Position numbers and translations under genes: made by a program
Shown: in pieces, positions 12,095 through 25,339 of the stretch
Layout of the letters: every line of letters begins with the position of its first letter
How positions within the stretch are numbered: the stretch's first letter is position 1
Notes under the pieces: generated by a model
Told to the model about the DNA's origin: nothing
What the model saw: the letters and a program-made list of their open reading frames with translations, nothing else
The model's database searches: none
Assembly: GCA_030390025.1 (NCBI GenBank)
Contig: CM059432.1
Coordinates: forward strand, 139,936,001-140,000,000
DNA from: Squalus acanthias
Taxonomy: Eukaryota
Direction: 5' to 3'
Length of the DNA stretch: 64,000 bases

Positions 12095-12885
12095 GTGACC
12101 ACTTCCATCGGGGCTGGGGGGGGGGGGGGGGGGGCGGGAGTGGGAGTAGGCGCGAACCATTTTCATTTGAAATCTATCGGCGAGAATCTCGCACTTTTGG
12201 AGCAGTTCGCTGATTGGAAAGGGCAGAAATCCGGTTAACTCCATTTCAGGAGCCACCCGGTCCAGGTAAGTAAAGGGGAGCAGGAAGGTGACCGCTGGGG
12301 AGGGCCACAGAAGGTTAGGCATTGGTAGGGGGAGGGCTATTTTTATGGGCCCGTAATTTGCAGTGGGTAATAACAGCGAACGAACAACGTGGAAATCCTG
12401 CAGTTGCGGTCAGTCATTCACTGCTCCGACACTGGCTGCGCTGTGCCCCCCCCCGTACCCCCTGCCCCATAGCCGGCAATCAGCGTAATCAGAGAAATCA
12501 GTGAAACTGACAAAAGCTTGTCCGTATATATTTTTATAAATTTGTTCATATTTATTTCAAGTTTGCCTTTTCCCCATGTGAGAGCCCCAATCTTTGTTTT
12601 GCTCTCTGTAACATTTTTAAAAAGTCTGAATAAAAGCAACTTCTTCACTTCCTGGTTCCCCGTCTGTGAGAATTCTGCATTGTGATTGGCTGCTTAGACA
12701 GCTTGTTGAGGTCACAGCAGCTCGCACTAGGGATTCCCCACTAGTCTACACTGATCCGACTTACCCGTCGAGAAAAGCAAACTTCTCGTCACCGAGATGG
12801 CGAGATCTTTGCGGGCAGCTTTCCTTGGGGCCAGCGGTGAACGCCTTTGCCTCGCCGCTGACCGCGTTCCTTTTCCAGCTGTTCG
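12095..12885. mobile_element. Adjacent Harbinger-like MITE fragments
   Basis: GGGCCCGTAATTTGC TIR-like start at 12347, with CpG-rich flanks around an AT-rich core. The right end is not resolved. Confidence 0.45.
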
Positions 12886-13625
12886 TTAAATAACCACTGG
12901 AATAAGAAGACCACTTAAAGGCCACAGAAATCTCACAAATAAAACATATCAAACAACCTTTCTTTGGAGTCTATGGATTTGCATTGTAAGGGTTACTTTG
13001 GTTATTTATGCTTCATATTTAACTTCCTTCCCTTAAAATACCAAAAAAAAATCCACAGGAAAAGAAACCTCTTTTCACTGCCCTGGTATAAAGCAACGAC
13101 AACTTACTGGGAACGGAGTTTGTAATGATTTCCTGATGCCAGTTAATAAGCAGTAGATAGTTCTTGGAATTTGGTAAACTTGGGGAAAAGGAGAGCCAAG
13201 TCCGACATATACCTGTTCATTAGCTTAAAAATGATTTTACTTTCAGTGAGTCCACATGTTCTCTTATTGCAAGCATATGTCAGTTTGCACTTGGAGGATG
13301 AGGTAAGGAAAAGGAGTATTTAATCTCTTGCTCTCAGCATAAATCTTTCACATCCTGCTTTTTTTTCCCTGTGATGTCTATATAGATTAGATGTAAAACA
13401 CAATTTAAAATATTTGCCATATGTTAAATATAGGAACAGAAGCGTGGCTGTACAACGGGCAGTGGTTGGAAATTGCCCTTAGTGTCTTAACCTTTGTTAT
13501 TTTGAAAGATGAAGAAAAAATTAAACCTTATTCAAAATAGCTTTCTAATTGTTCAGTCCATAATCATTTTGTGCTGCAATGGGTGCTTCAATTAGATCTG
13601 GTCCCAGAGAAGCACCATTTCTATA

Positions 13626-13859
13626 TAGAGTTGCCAACCCTCCAGGATTATCCTGGAGTCTCCAGGAAATAAAGATTAATCTCCCGGACACCTCTGTGGG
13701 AAACCCTGGAGGAAAAATCACAAGGCCCTTAGAAGCAATTGTGTTTGTACTTTCATTTATTAGTTATAATTAGGCTGTTTGACCGGGTGGGGTGATTGGA
13801 GGCGGGAGGCCACGTGATGAAATCTCCAGGAAGATGCCCAACCAGAGTTGGCAACCCAA
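13626..13859. mobile_element. hAT-superfamily MITE (TAGGGTTGCCA-type TIR)
   Basis: TIRs TAGAGTTGCCAAC / GTTGGCAACCCAA with a perfect 8-bp TSD TTTCTATA (13618-13625, 13860-13867). Confidence 0.9.
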
Positions 13860-13901
13860 TTTCTATATCAATTGAGATTTTTCCTCATGGCTAAAAATAC
13901 T

Positions 13902-14543
13902 GGGGGAAAATTCGGTACCTTAGCGCCTCCCGTTAGCGCCATCTGGGCGCTAGAGCATTATCGCCGGGCCGAGGTGACTCCAACGCCACACGCCAAATCC
14001 CGCCCCCCCCACCGCAGTGCCGCCACTAAGTTATTGCCGGGAGCCTCAACGCCAGGTGGATTGTGACATCAGTGAGTCTGCGAAATTGATTGTCGCCACC
14101 TACCTTAAGTAAACAGCGACAGGGAGAGCTGGCGTGAAGCAGCAGAAAGCCGGCTCCAATGACGTTATTTAAAGGGATCATCAGTAATGAGTCGCAGCTG
14201 TAGCTTAGTGGAGTTTCAGTGCTTTCTTGTCAGTTTCACATAGTGCAACAGTCTCATTCTGTAATTTCAAGGTTATTTAGTATTAGGAGTGTTGTGGCAA
14301 CTAAAAAGTAGCTACATTTATTCTTAAAAAAATCAAACTGACACACTTGGTCCACACTCACTAATGTCACGAATTACCTGGCGTAGACATTCCCAGCGAT
14401 ACCTCTTACTGGCGGTGCTACAGGAGGGCCTGATTTGGCGAGAAGCGCTGGATTCGCCTTGCCCTAGTGATACTGGTCTAGTGCCCCATTAGTGGCGTCT
14501 ACTGCCGCTAATGGGAGGCGCTAAGGGGACGAATTTTTCCCCC
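13902..14543. mobile_element. Harbinger-like MITE with about 36-bp TIRs
   Basis: GGGGAAAATTCGGTACCTTAGCGCCTCCCGTTAGCG ... CGCTAATGGGAGGCGCTAAGGGGACGAATTTTTCCCC. Confidence 0.8.
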
Positions 14544-14720
14544 TTGATTTCAGTGCTAACACTGCTGCTCATTGGCTTAACGCTCAACAGGTGGACCAAT
14601 ATCGGGGCCAGTCTAATTCCTAGTCATGTGTGGCACAGGCTTTATTCAGTACTTAAAGGGGAGGTGCACTGATGCTACAGCACCTCATTGTCAAGCCAAT
14701 TGGAACTGCAGCTGTCATAT

Positions 14721-14775
14721 AGAAGAAGAAGAAGAAGAAGAAGAAGAGAAGAAGAGGAAGAAGAAAAAGAAGAGA
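14721..14775. repeat. (GAA)n purine-rich microsatellite
   Basis: Read directly from the sequence. Confidence 0.95.
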
Positions 14776-14790
14776 GGGAATTGCAAAGCC

Positions 14791-14925
14791 ATGGTGGAGC
14801 GTCCTCAAAGGGAGAGAGCCCGGAGATTTTCTGACGCAGCTCTGGAGGCACTGTTTGTGGCCGTGGAGAGGAGGCGGGCTGTCCTCTTCCCACAGACTGG
14901 AAGGAAGCCCTCGCCACACATGCCT
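14791..14925 (+). pseudogene. Harbinger Myb/SANT-like DNA-binding gene remnant
   Basis: MVERPQRERARRFSDAALEALFVAVERRRAVLFP matches the N-terminal pattern of Myb_DNA-bind_5-type Harbinger proteins. It is truncated. Confidence 0.7.
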
Positions 14926-15371
14926 CATCAAACTCTGATTCCAATGAATGAAACCCCTGATCCCCATTGCTAACCACATCACCACACCCCCATCATACCC
15001 CTCTGTCACGGAATATCACGGCGTCCTCCTGGGCACAAAGCTGAAATGAGAGACACTATAAAAGATTCCAAACAAAATTAATAAATTTAGCAAAAATCAC
15101 TTCACACATATTTACAGTAACGATATGAACTAATCACCCATGTGCAATCCCTTAGTGTCTGTCGTTCGTGTGCCTCTTCCTACTCTAGTGCTTCTACGAA
15201 GTGCTCCCCCAGTGGCTGCAGCATGGCTGGTGGAAGGCTGCTGAGTTTCCATGGGGGGGACTTCAGATGGCCTTGCAGGATGTCCTCGAGCAGCTCTGGC
15301 CCTAGAAGACCCGGCTGCAGACTGCACCATCTCAGCATGGGTGGCAGCAGTCTGGGCTGGCTAGCTGACAG

Positions 15372-17545
15372 GAAAGAGAGGTAGAGAGGTTTAGGGAGGG
15401 AATTCCAGAGCTTATCGCCTTAGCAGCTGAAGGCATGGCCACCAATGATTGAGCGATTAAAATCAGGGATGCTGCAGAGCCCAGTATTAGAGGAGCGCAG
15501 ATATCTTGGAGGGTTGTGGGGCTGGAGGAGATTACAGAGATGGGGAGGGGCGAGGCCATGGAGGGATTTGAAAACAAGGATGAGAATTTTAAAATCAAGG
15601 CCTTCCTTAACCAGGAGCCAATGTAGGTCAGCGAGCATAGGGGTGATGGGTGAACGGTAGGGTAGAACATGGGAGGCCGGCCAGGGGTGCGTTGGAATAG
15701 TCAAATCTAGAGGTAGCAAAGACATGAATGAGGGTTTCAGCAGCAGATGAGCTGAGGCGGGGCGGAGTCGGGTGATGTTACGGAGGTGGAAATAGGCGGT
15801 CTTAGTTATGGCATGGATATGTGGCCAGAAGCTCAGTTCAGGGTCAAATATGACACCAAGGTTGCGAACAGTCTGGTTCAGCCTCAGACAGATGCTTGGG
15901 AGAGGGATGGAGTTGGCGGCTCGGGAACGTAGTTTGTGGCGTGGACAGAAGACAATGGCTTCGGTCTTCCCAATATTTAGTTGGAGGAAATTTCTGCTCA
16001 TCCAGTACTGGATGTCGGACAAGCAGTCTGACAATTTAGAGACAGTGGAGAGGTTGAGAGAGGTTGTGGTGAGGTAGAGCTGGGTGTCGTCAGCGTACAT
16101 GTGGAAACTGATGCTACGTTTTCGGATGACGTTGCCAAGGGGCAGCATGTAGATGAGAAATAGGATGGGGCCAATGATAGCTGCTTGGGGGACACAAGAG
16201 GTAACGGTGCGGGATCGGGAAGGGAAGCCATTGCAGGTGATTCTCTGGCTATGATTAGATCGATAAGAATGGAACCAGGCGAGTGCAGTCCCACCCAGCT
16301 GGACGACGGTGGAGAGGCATTAGAGAAGGATGGAGTGGTCAACTGTGTCAAAGGCTGCAGACAGGTTGAGAAGGATGAGGAGGGATAGTTTACCTTTGTT
16401 ATAGTCACAAAGGATGTCATTTGTGACTTTGATGAGAGCCGTTTCGATACTGTTGCGGGGGCAGAAACCTAATTGGAGTGATTCAAACATGGAGTTCCGG
16501 GAAAGATGGGCACGGATTTGGGAGGCGACAACACATTCAAGGACTTTGGAGAGGAAAGGGAGGTTGGAGATGGGGCGGTAGTTGGCAAGGATGGATGGGT
16601 CAAGGGTTATTTTTTTGAGGAGAGGGGTGATGATGGCAGATTTGATGGAGAGGGGGACAGTACCTGAGGAGAGAGAACCATTAACAATATCAGCTAACAT
16701 GGGAACCAGAAAAGGAAGTTGGGTGGTCAGCAGTTTAGTGGGAATAGGGTCGAGAGAGCAGGAAGTGGGTCTCGTAGACAAGATGAGCTCGGAGAGGGAA
16801 TGAGGGGAGATCGGAGAGAAACTGGAAAAAGATGCGAGTTCAGGACTAGGGCAGATGCGAACCTTAGAGGAAGTTTGGCCTGGTGGGCTAGGGGAAGGAA
16901 GGGAAGTGGCAGAGGCAGCTGAACGGATGGTCTCAATCTTAGTGACAAAGAAGTCCATGAGCTCCTCACACTTGTTATCGGAGGTGAAGGTGGAGGAGAC
17001 AGGGGAGAGGGGTTTAAGAAGATGGTTTGCAGTAGAGAAAAGAAGCCGGGGGTTGTCTTTGCATTCCGGAATGATCCTGGAATAGTGAACAGTTTTGGCA
17101 GTCGAGAGCAGGACCCGATAATGCTTTATATGGTCCAGCCAGATCTGGTGGTGAATGGTTAAACCAATTGTACGGCATATCCGTTCAAGTCTGCGTCCCT
17201 TGGATTTAAGGGCGCGGAGATGAGGGCCGTACCAGGGGGAACAGCCCAGGTGAGGTAGAGTAATGGTTTTAATAGGACCAAGGGCATCAAAGGTGGTGGT
17301 GAGGGTGTGGTTGAGCAGATCGGTAGCTGCAGAAATGTCGTGGTGAATGGAGGGCCAAAGGCTGGACAGTTGGGATTTTGTAAGTGCAGTTGTAAGAGAG
17401 TTGGGAGAGAGTTTTTTCATGGGGTGGACACAGAAGGAGGTAGGGTTGGGGGGGGGGGGGGAGAAAGGTGATGTGGGTGTAGAGCAATACAAGGAAGTGG
17501 TCAGAGATGGCCTTATCTGTGATTGTCACGAAACAGGAGGCGAAA
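15372..17545 (-). mobile_element. L2 LINE (ORF2 linker plus RT), frameshifted
   Basis: ORFs 16320-17492 (NYRPISNLPFLSKVLE, LNLSAAFDTVDH) and 15420-16148 (MYADDTQLY). Same family as 3988-7254. Confidence 0.93.
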
Positions 17546-17691
17546 CCATTGTGGAAAGGTTGGGGAGATGACGAATGCATATCGAAAAAAGAGGTTTTGA
17601 TGAGGCTTTTAAAAGGGAGAAGATCAGTACCAAAGCAGAGAATTTTAGGAAGGGAGTTCTAGAGAATAGGCTCGCCAGTGATACTGGAGAA

Positions 17692-18162
17692 AGCAAAGAA
17701 AGACTTGGATTTATACAGCACCTTTTACAACCGCAGGATGTCCCAAAGTGCTTTACAGCCAATGAAGTACTTTTGAAGTGTAGTCACTGTTGTAATGTGG
17801 GAAACGCAGCAGCCAATTTGTGCAGAGCAAGGTCCCACAAACAGCAATGTGATAATGACCAGATAATTTGTTTTGGTGATGTTGATTGAGGGATAAATAT
17901 TGGCCAGGGCACCGGGGATAGCTCCCCTGCTCTTCTCTCGAAATAGTGCCATAGGACCTTTTATATCCACCTGAGAGAGCAGGTAAGGCCTCAATTATAA
18001 CGTCAAATCTGAAAGACAGCACCTCTGACAGTGCAGCACTCCCTCAGTACTGCACTAGAGTGTCAGCCTAGATTTTTGTGCTCAAGTCTCTGGAGTGGGA
18101 CTTGAACCCACAACCTTCTGACTCGGAGGCAAGAGAGAGTGCTACGCACTGAGCCAAGGCTG
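17692..18162 (-). mobile_element. SacSINE1-like DeuSINE, near full length
   Basis: On the minus strand: a tRNA-like head (TGGCTCAGTG A box, GGTTCAAGTCC B box), a central domain and an L2-like tail ending (TTTC)n. The family name is from recall. Confidence 0.8.
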
Positions 18163-18354
18163 GAGGGTGAGTGTGCGAATGGTAAGCACAAGGAGACAGA
18201 GTCAGAGGAACAAAGGGAACATGCTGGGAAGTAGGGCTGGTTATATGTTTGCAGCAGTTATTTAATGGCTATTTATTTAGAACCGTACTCTAAAAATAAA
18301 ATGTAAACATATGGGGAGTGAAATTGGTCTATACAAAGCACAGCTTTAGGACAA

Positions 18355-19129
18355 AGGTAACATTCGCGCCACACAAGTGCCAGGCAATGACTATCTCCAA
18401 CAAACAAGCGTCTAACCACCGTCCCTTGACATTCAACGGCATTACCATCGCCGAATCCCCCACCATCAACATCCTGGAGGTCAACATTGACCAGAAACTT
18501 AACTGGACCAGCCACATAAATACTGTGGCAACAAGAGCAGGCCAGAGGCTGGGTATTCTGTGGCGAGTGTCTCACCTCCTGACTCCCCAAAGCCTTTCCA
18601 CCATCTACAAGGCACAATTCAGGAGTGCGATGGAATACTCTCCACTTGCCTGGATGAGTGCAGCTCCAACAACACTCACGAAGCTCGACACCATCCAGGA
18701 CAAAGCAGCCCGCTTGATTGGCACCTCATCCACCACCTTAAACATTCACTTCCTCCACCACCGGCGTACCGTGGCTGCAGTGTGTACCATCTACAAGATG
18801 CACTGCAGCAACTCGCCACGGCTTCTTCGGCAGCACCTCCCAAACCCGCGACCTCTTCCACCTAGAAGGGCAGCAGGTGCATGGGAACACCACCACCTCC
18901 AAGTTCCCCTCCAAGTCATACACCATCCTGACTTGGAAGTATATCGCCGATCCTTCATCGTCGCTGGGTCAAAACCCTGGAACTCCCTCCATAACAGCAT
19001 TGTGGGAGTACCTTCACCACAAGGACTGCAGCGGTTCAAGAAGGTGGCTCACCACCACCTTCTCAAGGGCAACTAGGGATGGGCAATAAATGCTGGCCTT
19101 GAACATCCCATGAACACATTTTAAAAAAA
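18355..19129 (+). mobile_element. 3' fragment of the tRNA-headed CR1-group LINE family
   Basis: ORF 18318-19076 is nearly identical to the C-terminus of 60795-61913. Tail GGGATGGGCAATAAATGCTGGCC. Confidence 0.9.
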
Positions 19130-19369
19130 GGATTGCATCACTCACAAGCCACATGTCTGTGAACCTCACATTGAAAAACAAACAAACTGCACAAAAGGAC
19201 AACTCTTTGAACCACTCAGACCATGGTGTCTGAGATAGGAACCTGGGACTCAAGTCCACTTTTTATTTATTTTTTATTTTATTTTTGAGTGAAAGGTTTG
19301 CTAAAACCATGACGTGGGCCCCAATTTGCTTCGTGTGAAAGGAGAAACTCTCTCCTTCAGTGCAGCTGC

Positions 19370-19790
19370 TTTTTTGAAATTTGTAAACTCCAACTCACCC
19401 ATAACGGTGGTGCCTGGATCCTATCCTGCACCAAATCCCGCTTGCCCATCACCTCTGTTCTCGCTGACCTACATTGGCTCCCGGTCCACCAACGCCTCAA
19501 ACTTAAAATACTCATCCTTGTGTTTAAATCCTTTCATGGTCTCACCCGTCCCTCTCTCTGTAGTGTCCTCCAGAATTGCCACCCCTCTTAAACTCTCCAT
19601 TCCCCTGATACCGGCCTCTTGTGCATCCCTCCTCCCTTTGCCCCATCTCAGCCACCAAGCCCCCAAGGTTTTGGTCACTCCTCCTAATATCTCCTTCTTT
19701 GGTTCAGTATCCGTTTTATCCCTTGTGCTTCCCAGAAATGCCTTCAAATATTTTTCTACATTAAAAGCACCGTGTAAGTGCAAGTTGCTG
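19370..19790 (+). mobile_element. Old L2 3' fragment
   Basis: CTCGCTGACCTACATTGGCTCCCGGT matches the L2 at about 6812. Confidence 0.8.
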
Positions 19791-20581
19791 ATTTTTCAGT
19801 CACTGGCCAGACTGTGTTATTTTGCTTGTAATGTCTCCTGCCCGTTTGCTCATTTTTTTTTGTCATTTGCTTTTTCGGCTGGACGTTTTTTTTTAATGCA
19901 ATTTGCACATTTGTGAAATCCTCCGGTTGTAACTCTAATAAGATATATGCTTATTTAACATGCAGTTTCAAACGTTTGTCATCTGTTTAATGTGCTATTA
20001 AGTAGGAAGAAGGCCCTTAACTGAGCTTTGTTTTCTTTAGTGTGCCCATGATGTGAATGTTGTTTCCCACCCGATGTTTAAAAGGTTATCCGTTTATCAC
20101 CATCTGGACCACCTCAGAGAAGGTGCTAGTGGAAAGCGGTCAGTTAATTAATGCAGACACTCGAGAGGCTCACACATCATTGGTAAACTAATCACCAGAT
20201 GGCAAATGGATCCTTGTCACTTGATGCTGTCAAAACAAATTTTGTAAGTTTTCCTTGAGAAAACAATTGTTGTCTCACCTTTTTAATTGTAAGGACATCT
20301 CATCTGAAATTCAGCGTCCTTTTGTAGTTCTAGAATTGTGTCAAAAGGCCAAGAATAATTAAGTCTTAAAAAGTTTTTTTTCTCTCTTTTTACACTCATT
20401 TTCTTCCGTCCCCTCCTCCTGACCACTTTGATTCCTTCTGGGGCATGGTCGCACGGATACTAGTTATCAGCTGCTAATCACCCAAGTGGCCATTATTGAT
20501 GTGTGAGCCTTGACAGAGAATGCCTTTGGGCTGTTTAACTTGGAGGCATCACAGTCGAGACAGATTCTGTTCTTCACATTC

Positions 20582-21025
20582 AAACACACACACACATGTA
20601 CACACACATACACACATATACACACACACATACACACATACACACACACACACACACATACACACGCACACACACACACATACACACACACACACACACA
20701 CACAGACACACACACATGTACACACACACATACACACACACACGTACACACACACATGCACACGCACACACACACAGACACACACACAGACGCACGTGCA
20801 TGCACACACGTGCACACGCACACATACACACACGTACGCACATGCACACACACACATATGCACACGCATGCACCTAGATGCACACACGCACCCAGATACA
20901 CACACACACACACACAGATGCATACAGACGCGCTCAGATGCGCACAGACACACACACACAGACGCACACACACTCACGCACAGATGCACACACACACACA
21001 GACATACACACACACACACACACAC
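20582..21025. repeat. Long imperfect (CA)n/(TG)n microsatellite
   Basis: Read directly; about 440 bp with TA/CG/GA interruptions. Confidence 0.98.
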
Positions 21026-21311
21026 TTCCTGTTGGTATAGTTGAATAATGTTCAAGAGAGGGAACCCTGTCTGATTTTTCCTTTCCTTAAACCAGCAATT
21101 TATATTATTAGAATTCAGTCCTTGGGAGCCAGGTATACTGCAAGTTAGTACAAGTTGCGTCTTATAGTGTATGTTCTGTAACTTAAGCTGCAACATGAGC
21201 TGATGTATACTGGCACGTTGCTGCGCTTATATTACAACACTACCACCGGGGGAAGCCCTGCTCCCAGCAGCATTTCTATAGTTTTAATAAGGCGGTGATA
21301 GAGTTTTCAGT

Positions 21312-21575
21312 GAAAGAAAGAAAGGAAGACTTGCATTTATATAGCGCCTTTCACGACCACCGGACGTCTCAAAGCGCTTTACAGCCAATGAAGTACTTTT
21401 GAAGTGGAGTCACTGATGCAATGTGGGAAACGCGGCAGCCAATTTGGGCACAGCAAGGTCCCACAAACAGCAATGTGATAATGATCAGATAATCTGTTTT
21501 AGTGATGTTGGTTGAGGGATAAATACTGGCCAGGACACCGGGGAGAATTCCCCTGCTCTTCTTCAGTGGCATGGA
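21312..21575 (-). mobile_element. SacSINE1-like DeuSINE, 3' half
   Basis: Matches 17692-17950. Confidence 0.8.
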
Positions 21576-21917
21576 GACTCATCTTAATCTTCTGCAGACA
21601 CAGTTGTATTGTGCTTCTGCTGCTGCTCTGGAATCTGCTCCTTAATATACATGAGGTAAATTCAAGCTGCTTTTAATTATGATTCCAGGAGCCCAGCGCC
21701 ATGAGCTGGAACCCCAGCATCTACTCTTTTAGATCCATTTCCCGTAGCCCAGTTACATTGCCATAGACCCACCGGGCTACAGAAAATAGAGTTAGCAGCA
21801 GAAAACCTGAGAGCGGTCTCGTGGATGCTGGGCTCCGGAATCCAAATTAAGAAAGAAGACCAACTCATGATAGCAACTTTAAAGCAACAGCAACATCCAA
21901 TGAAAGCGATTTCATTA

Positions 21918-22494
21918 AATCATACAGCACAGAAGGAGGCCATTCGGCCCATCGGCCCTTTGCTGGCTATTTGAAAGAGCTACCCAATTAGTCCCACACT
22001 TTCCCCATAGCCCTACAAATTTTTCCTTTTCAAGTATTTATCCAATTCCCTTTTGAAAGTAACTATTGAATCTGCTTCCACCACCCTTTCAGGCAGCGCA
22101 TTCCAGACCATATCAACTCGCTGCATAAAAACAATTCTCCTCATCTCCCCTCTGGTTCTTTTGCCAATTACCTTAAATCTGTGTCCTCTGGTTACCGACC
22201 CTTCTGCCACTGGAAACAGTTTATCCCTATTTACTCTATCAACACCCTTCATGAAGTTGAACAAACACCTCTATTAAATCTCCTCTTAACCTTCTCTGCT
22301 CTAAGGAGAACAATTCCAATTTCTCCGGTCTCTCCACATAACTGAAGCCCCTCATCCCTGGTCCCATTCTAGTAAATCTCCTCTGCACTCTCTCCAAGGC
22401 CTTGCCATCCTTCCTAAAGTGTGGTGCCTGGAATTGGGCACAATGCTCCAGTTGAGGCCTAACCAGCGTTTTACAAAGGCTTAGTATAACTTCC
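21918..22494 (-). mobile_element. CR1 (HER1-like) LINE 3' fragment
   Basis: ORF 22013-22264 (TRGHRFKV...WNALPERVVEA) plus the CR1 3' stem-loop tail. Confidence 0.9.
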
Positions 22495-22957
22495 TATAAC
22501 TTTGCAACATAAACATGATAAGAACGTTTAACTAAAAGCCTTTTTACTGAATGGACAGAATTTGCCCAGTTCATTTATTGTATCATACGTTGTTACTTAA
22601 AAATGAAGACTCTGCTGATAGCTTAGTGGGTAAATTCACCATAGAGTGTGCTACTAACTCGCACAAAACTAACCCATACACTGGGTTTTGCAGTGGATCA
22701 GCCTGCGATAGTTATGATACTTGTGCTCTCTTTACATGCATTGCTGAAATGAGTTCACCACCACAGACCAGGGATCCAACCTGGAACCTTTCAGTCTGTG
22801 CCACTCGTAGCAGGCTAGGTGGGGCAGCATTTCTTGCTTTCAAACCCTGGAGAGAATGGTGACTTAAACTGAATGCAGCCATCCTTCAACCTGTAACGAG
22901 CGCTGACCAGTATTAAATTAAATAACGGTTTGGTTGGAATAAATAATTCTCCATTCT

Positions 22958-23100
22958 GGACACCTCGGACAATGCAGCACTTCCTCAGTACTGCACTGTA
23001 GGGTAGCCTATGATTCTATGCTTAAGTCCTGGAGTGAGACTTGGACCCCCAAAACTTCCAACTCAGAGACAAGAGTGCTACTAAATGAGCCAAACTGACA
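22958..23100 (-). mobile_element. SacSINE1-like head fragment (old)
   Basis: Matches 18020-18160. Confidence 0.65.
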
Positions 23101-23518
23101 GATTGAGAACAAATTGGCATAGGTGCACATGACATCTGCAGCTTTGTGTGAATGTCATAACATCTCACAGGAGACTTGTACGGTCAATGTCATGGCTGAT
23201 TGGGCATCCACACCAAAGACTGCATGTTCCCCTCCTTGCTCTGCCAGTTTAAATGCTGCCGTTTCTAGAAACGGGCTGGCTGATGTAGGGACATTTATGT
23301 TTGACAATGACACCATTTATTGTATTTTTTTCAACACAATTCCACATGTTGGCTCCTGGCCGACTGTGCGCTTCCTCCTTTACGGGTCTGTCTGTCCGGG
23401 CTGCTTTCCTCTCTATTCACATCATCACTACTTTTCTACAAATACTCAACAGGAGTTGTATGACTGTGGTGTGGGAGCAGTCCGACTGGCCTTTCATCGT
23501 CCCTCACGAGATTCTTCA

Positions 23519-23619
23519 TTACTGGAAACTTGGCCTCATCAAGACCTCGCATAGCTCACCTATTAACCAAATCAAAACTCCAATAAGCGTCAAGACTTGG
23601 AGGAGTCCAGTGCCATAGC
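23519..23619 (-). CDS. Candidate exon of an unidentified minus-strand gene (hydrophobic segment GYGTGLLQVLTLIGVLIWLI)
   Basis: Acceptor TTTCTCTCAG|GC at 23619, alternative donor AG|GTGAGC at 23560 (60-nt exon), read-through stop at 23519-23521 and AATAAA at 23321-23316. No homology recognised. Confidence 0.25.
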
Positions 23620-24477
23620 CTGAGAGAAATCAGGCCACCCAAGTACAACCTGGATTTTGTTTTTTTTGTTGTATACCTCCTTGTCACAGAGATCAAAAAA
23701 TAAAAGGTTAAAAGATTGTCTTTGAAAGGACCACACAAACAAAATGGTTGATTTGAAACCGTGAAGGGATTAAAGGAAACTTTAATCAGTATTAAAATCC
23801 TAGACTGTTTGGTGCTCACAAAGGGTGCTTAATCAGTCCAAACAAACTTCTTTTCTCAAGAGCTAAAGCTCATTAAGCTGATATGCCCACGTGGAAATCA
23901 AGGGAGCTCTTTGATTTCATGTGTCTCTCAGTGCATTGAGGTGCCCCACACTTACACATCCTCAAAGCTAGTTTTATGGAGCACATCAAACACAACATTT
24001 ACATTTATGTCTCAGCAGGAACGTTGCCGTTCAAATCACTGATGTTCCCATCAAAAATGATGCCTACATGTAAACAGAGAAAGTTGTGTTTCTTGCTGGT
24101 AATCTGACTCTGGGGACATGCAGCAGGAATGTCGGATTTCCTGGGATGTAGTTGAAGTGGCTGGCTTTAACAATGCTTCTTATGTTCTGTGTCTCAACAC
24201 TGGCACACCGGCTTTCATGGAGTCGCTCTACCCATCACCCTAGAAGCCTAGCTTCCTGCTTTATGTAAACACTGTAAGCCAAGATCATAAGGTTAACTTT
24301 GAGTGCTGTAACGGAGAACATACAATATATATCTGGCTGCATATTGTGCCATTAATTGTAATGCAGTAATAGTGTTAATATTTCTTGAAAAATACCAACT
24401 AAGAATCTAATTACCCCCTCCAATGTTCGATCCTGGTGTGGGTCTGACTTGGCTGTTTTCCTCCCTAAGGCCAATTA

Positions 24478-24925
24478 TAAAGAAAGCAGGACTTGCATTT
24501 CTATAGCGCCTTTTACGACCACCGGACGCCCCAAAGTGCTTTACAGCCAATGAAGTACAGTCACTGTTGTAATGTAGGAAATACGGCAGCCAATTTGCGC
24601 ACAGCAAGCTCCCACAAACAGCAATGTGATTAATCTGTTTTTTAAATTATGTTAGATGAGGGATAAATGCTGGCCAGGTCACAGGGGAGAACTCCCCTCC
24701 TCTTCTTCAAACAGTGCCATGGGACCCTTTGCATCCACCTGAGAGGGCAGCCGGGGCCTCAGTTTAACATCTCATCTGAAAGACGGCACCTCCGACAGTG
24801 CAGCACTCCCTCAGTACTGCACTGGGAGTGGCAACCTAGATTCTGTACTCAAGTCTCGGAGAGCGGGATTCGAACCCACGACCTTCTGACTCAGAAGTGA
24901 AAGTGCTACCCACTGAGCCAGGGCT
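24478..24925 (-). mobile_element. SacSINE1-like DeuSINE, near full length
   Basis: Head TGGCTCAGTGGG / GGTTCGAATCC on the minus strand; body and tail as at 17692. Confidence 0.82.
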
Positions 24926-24979
24926 AACATCTATACATAAGCGCCCTATTGCTACCCTGGCTGAGGCCACTCAGGAAAA

Positions 24980-25243
24980 TTAGGGATCGAATTTTTCTGG
25001 CCCGTGCAGCCCAGCTACTCACTGGGGAACCTCTCAAAGCCAAGGGGAGCATGTCACTGGTCTGGGAATTCCCAAGGGTTTTCCCGATCTCGCACTGTAA
25101 CTTTGGGAGGAGACTGGTGGAAACCCGCAGAAATGGTGTAACGGGATGATTTCGGCTCTTCACCCTAGTTCTCTGGGGTTCGGTTGGTCTCCTACCAGGT
25201 ACAGATGGAGACTGGGAGAACCCCCCTTGGAATTTTAGGGCCA
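24980..25243. mobile_element. Harbinger-like MITE
   Basis: Ends GGAATTTTAGGGCC and has internal inverted symmetry. Resembles 50825-51038. Confidence 0.45.
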
Positions 25244-25339
25244 TTGAATTTCTACATCACATACCGTTCTCAACATTTTTAGTTCAATATATATGTAAAA
25301 AAATAACTTTAAAATGTACATTATAATGTATTAAAATTC

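Noticed and set aside
14626..14790. Poly-Glu/Lys N-terminus of ORF 14626-14973
   Set aside because: It comes from the (GAA)n repeat. Only the part from 14791 resembles a real domain.
20041..20243. Plus-strand exon-like segment with good acceptor and GTAAGT donor
   Set aside because: Stops occur in all three frames. It could be a non-coding exon but is unsupported without transcript data.
20467..21196. Several 90-215 aa His/Thr- or Cys/Val-rich ORFs
   Set aside because: They are translations of the (CA)n microsatellite.
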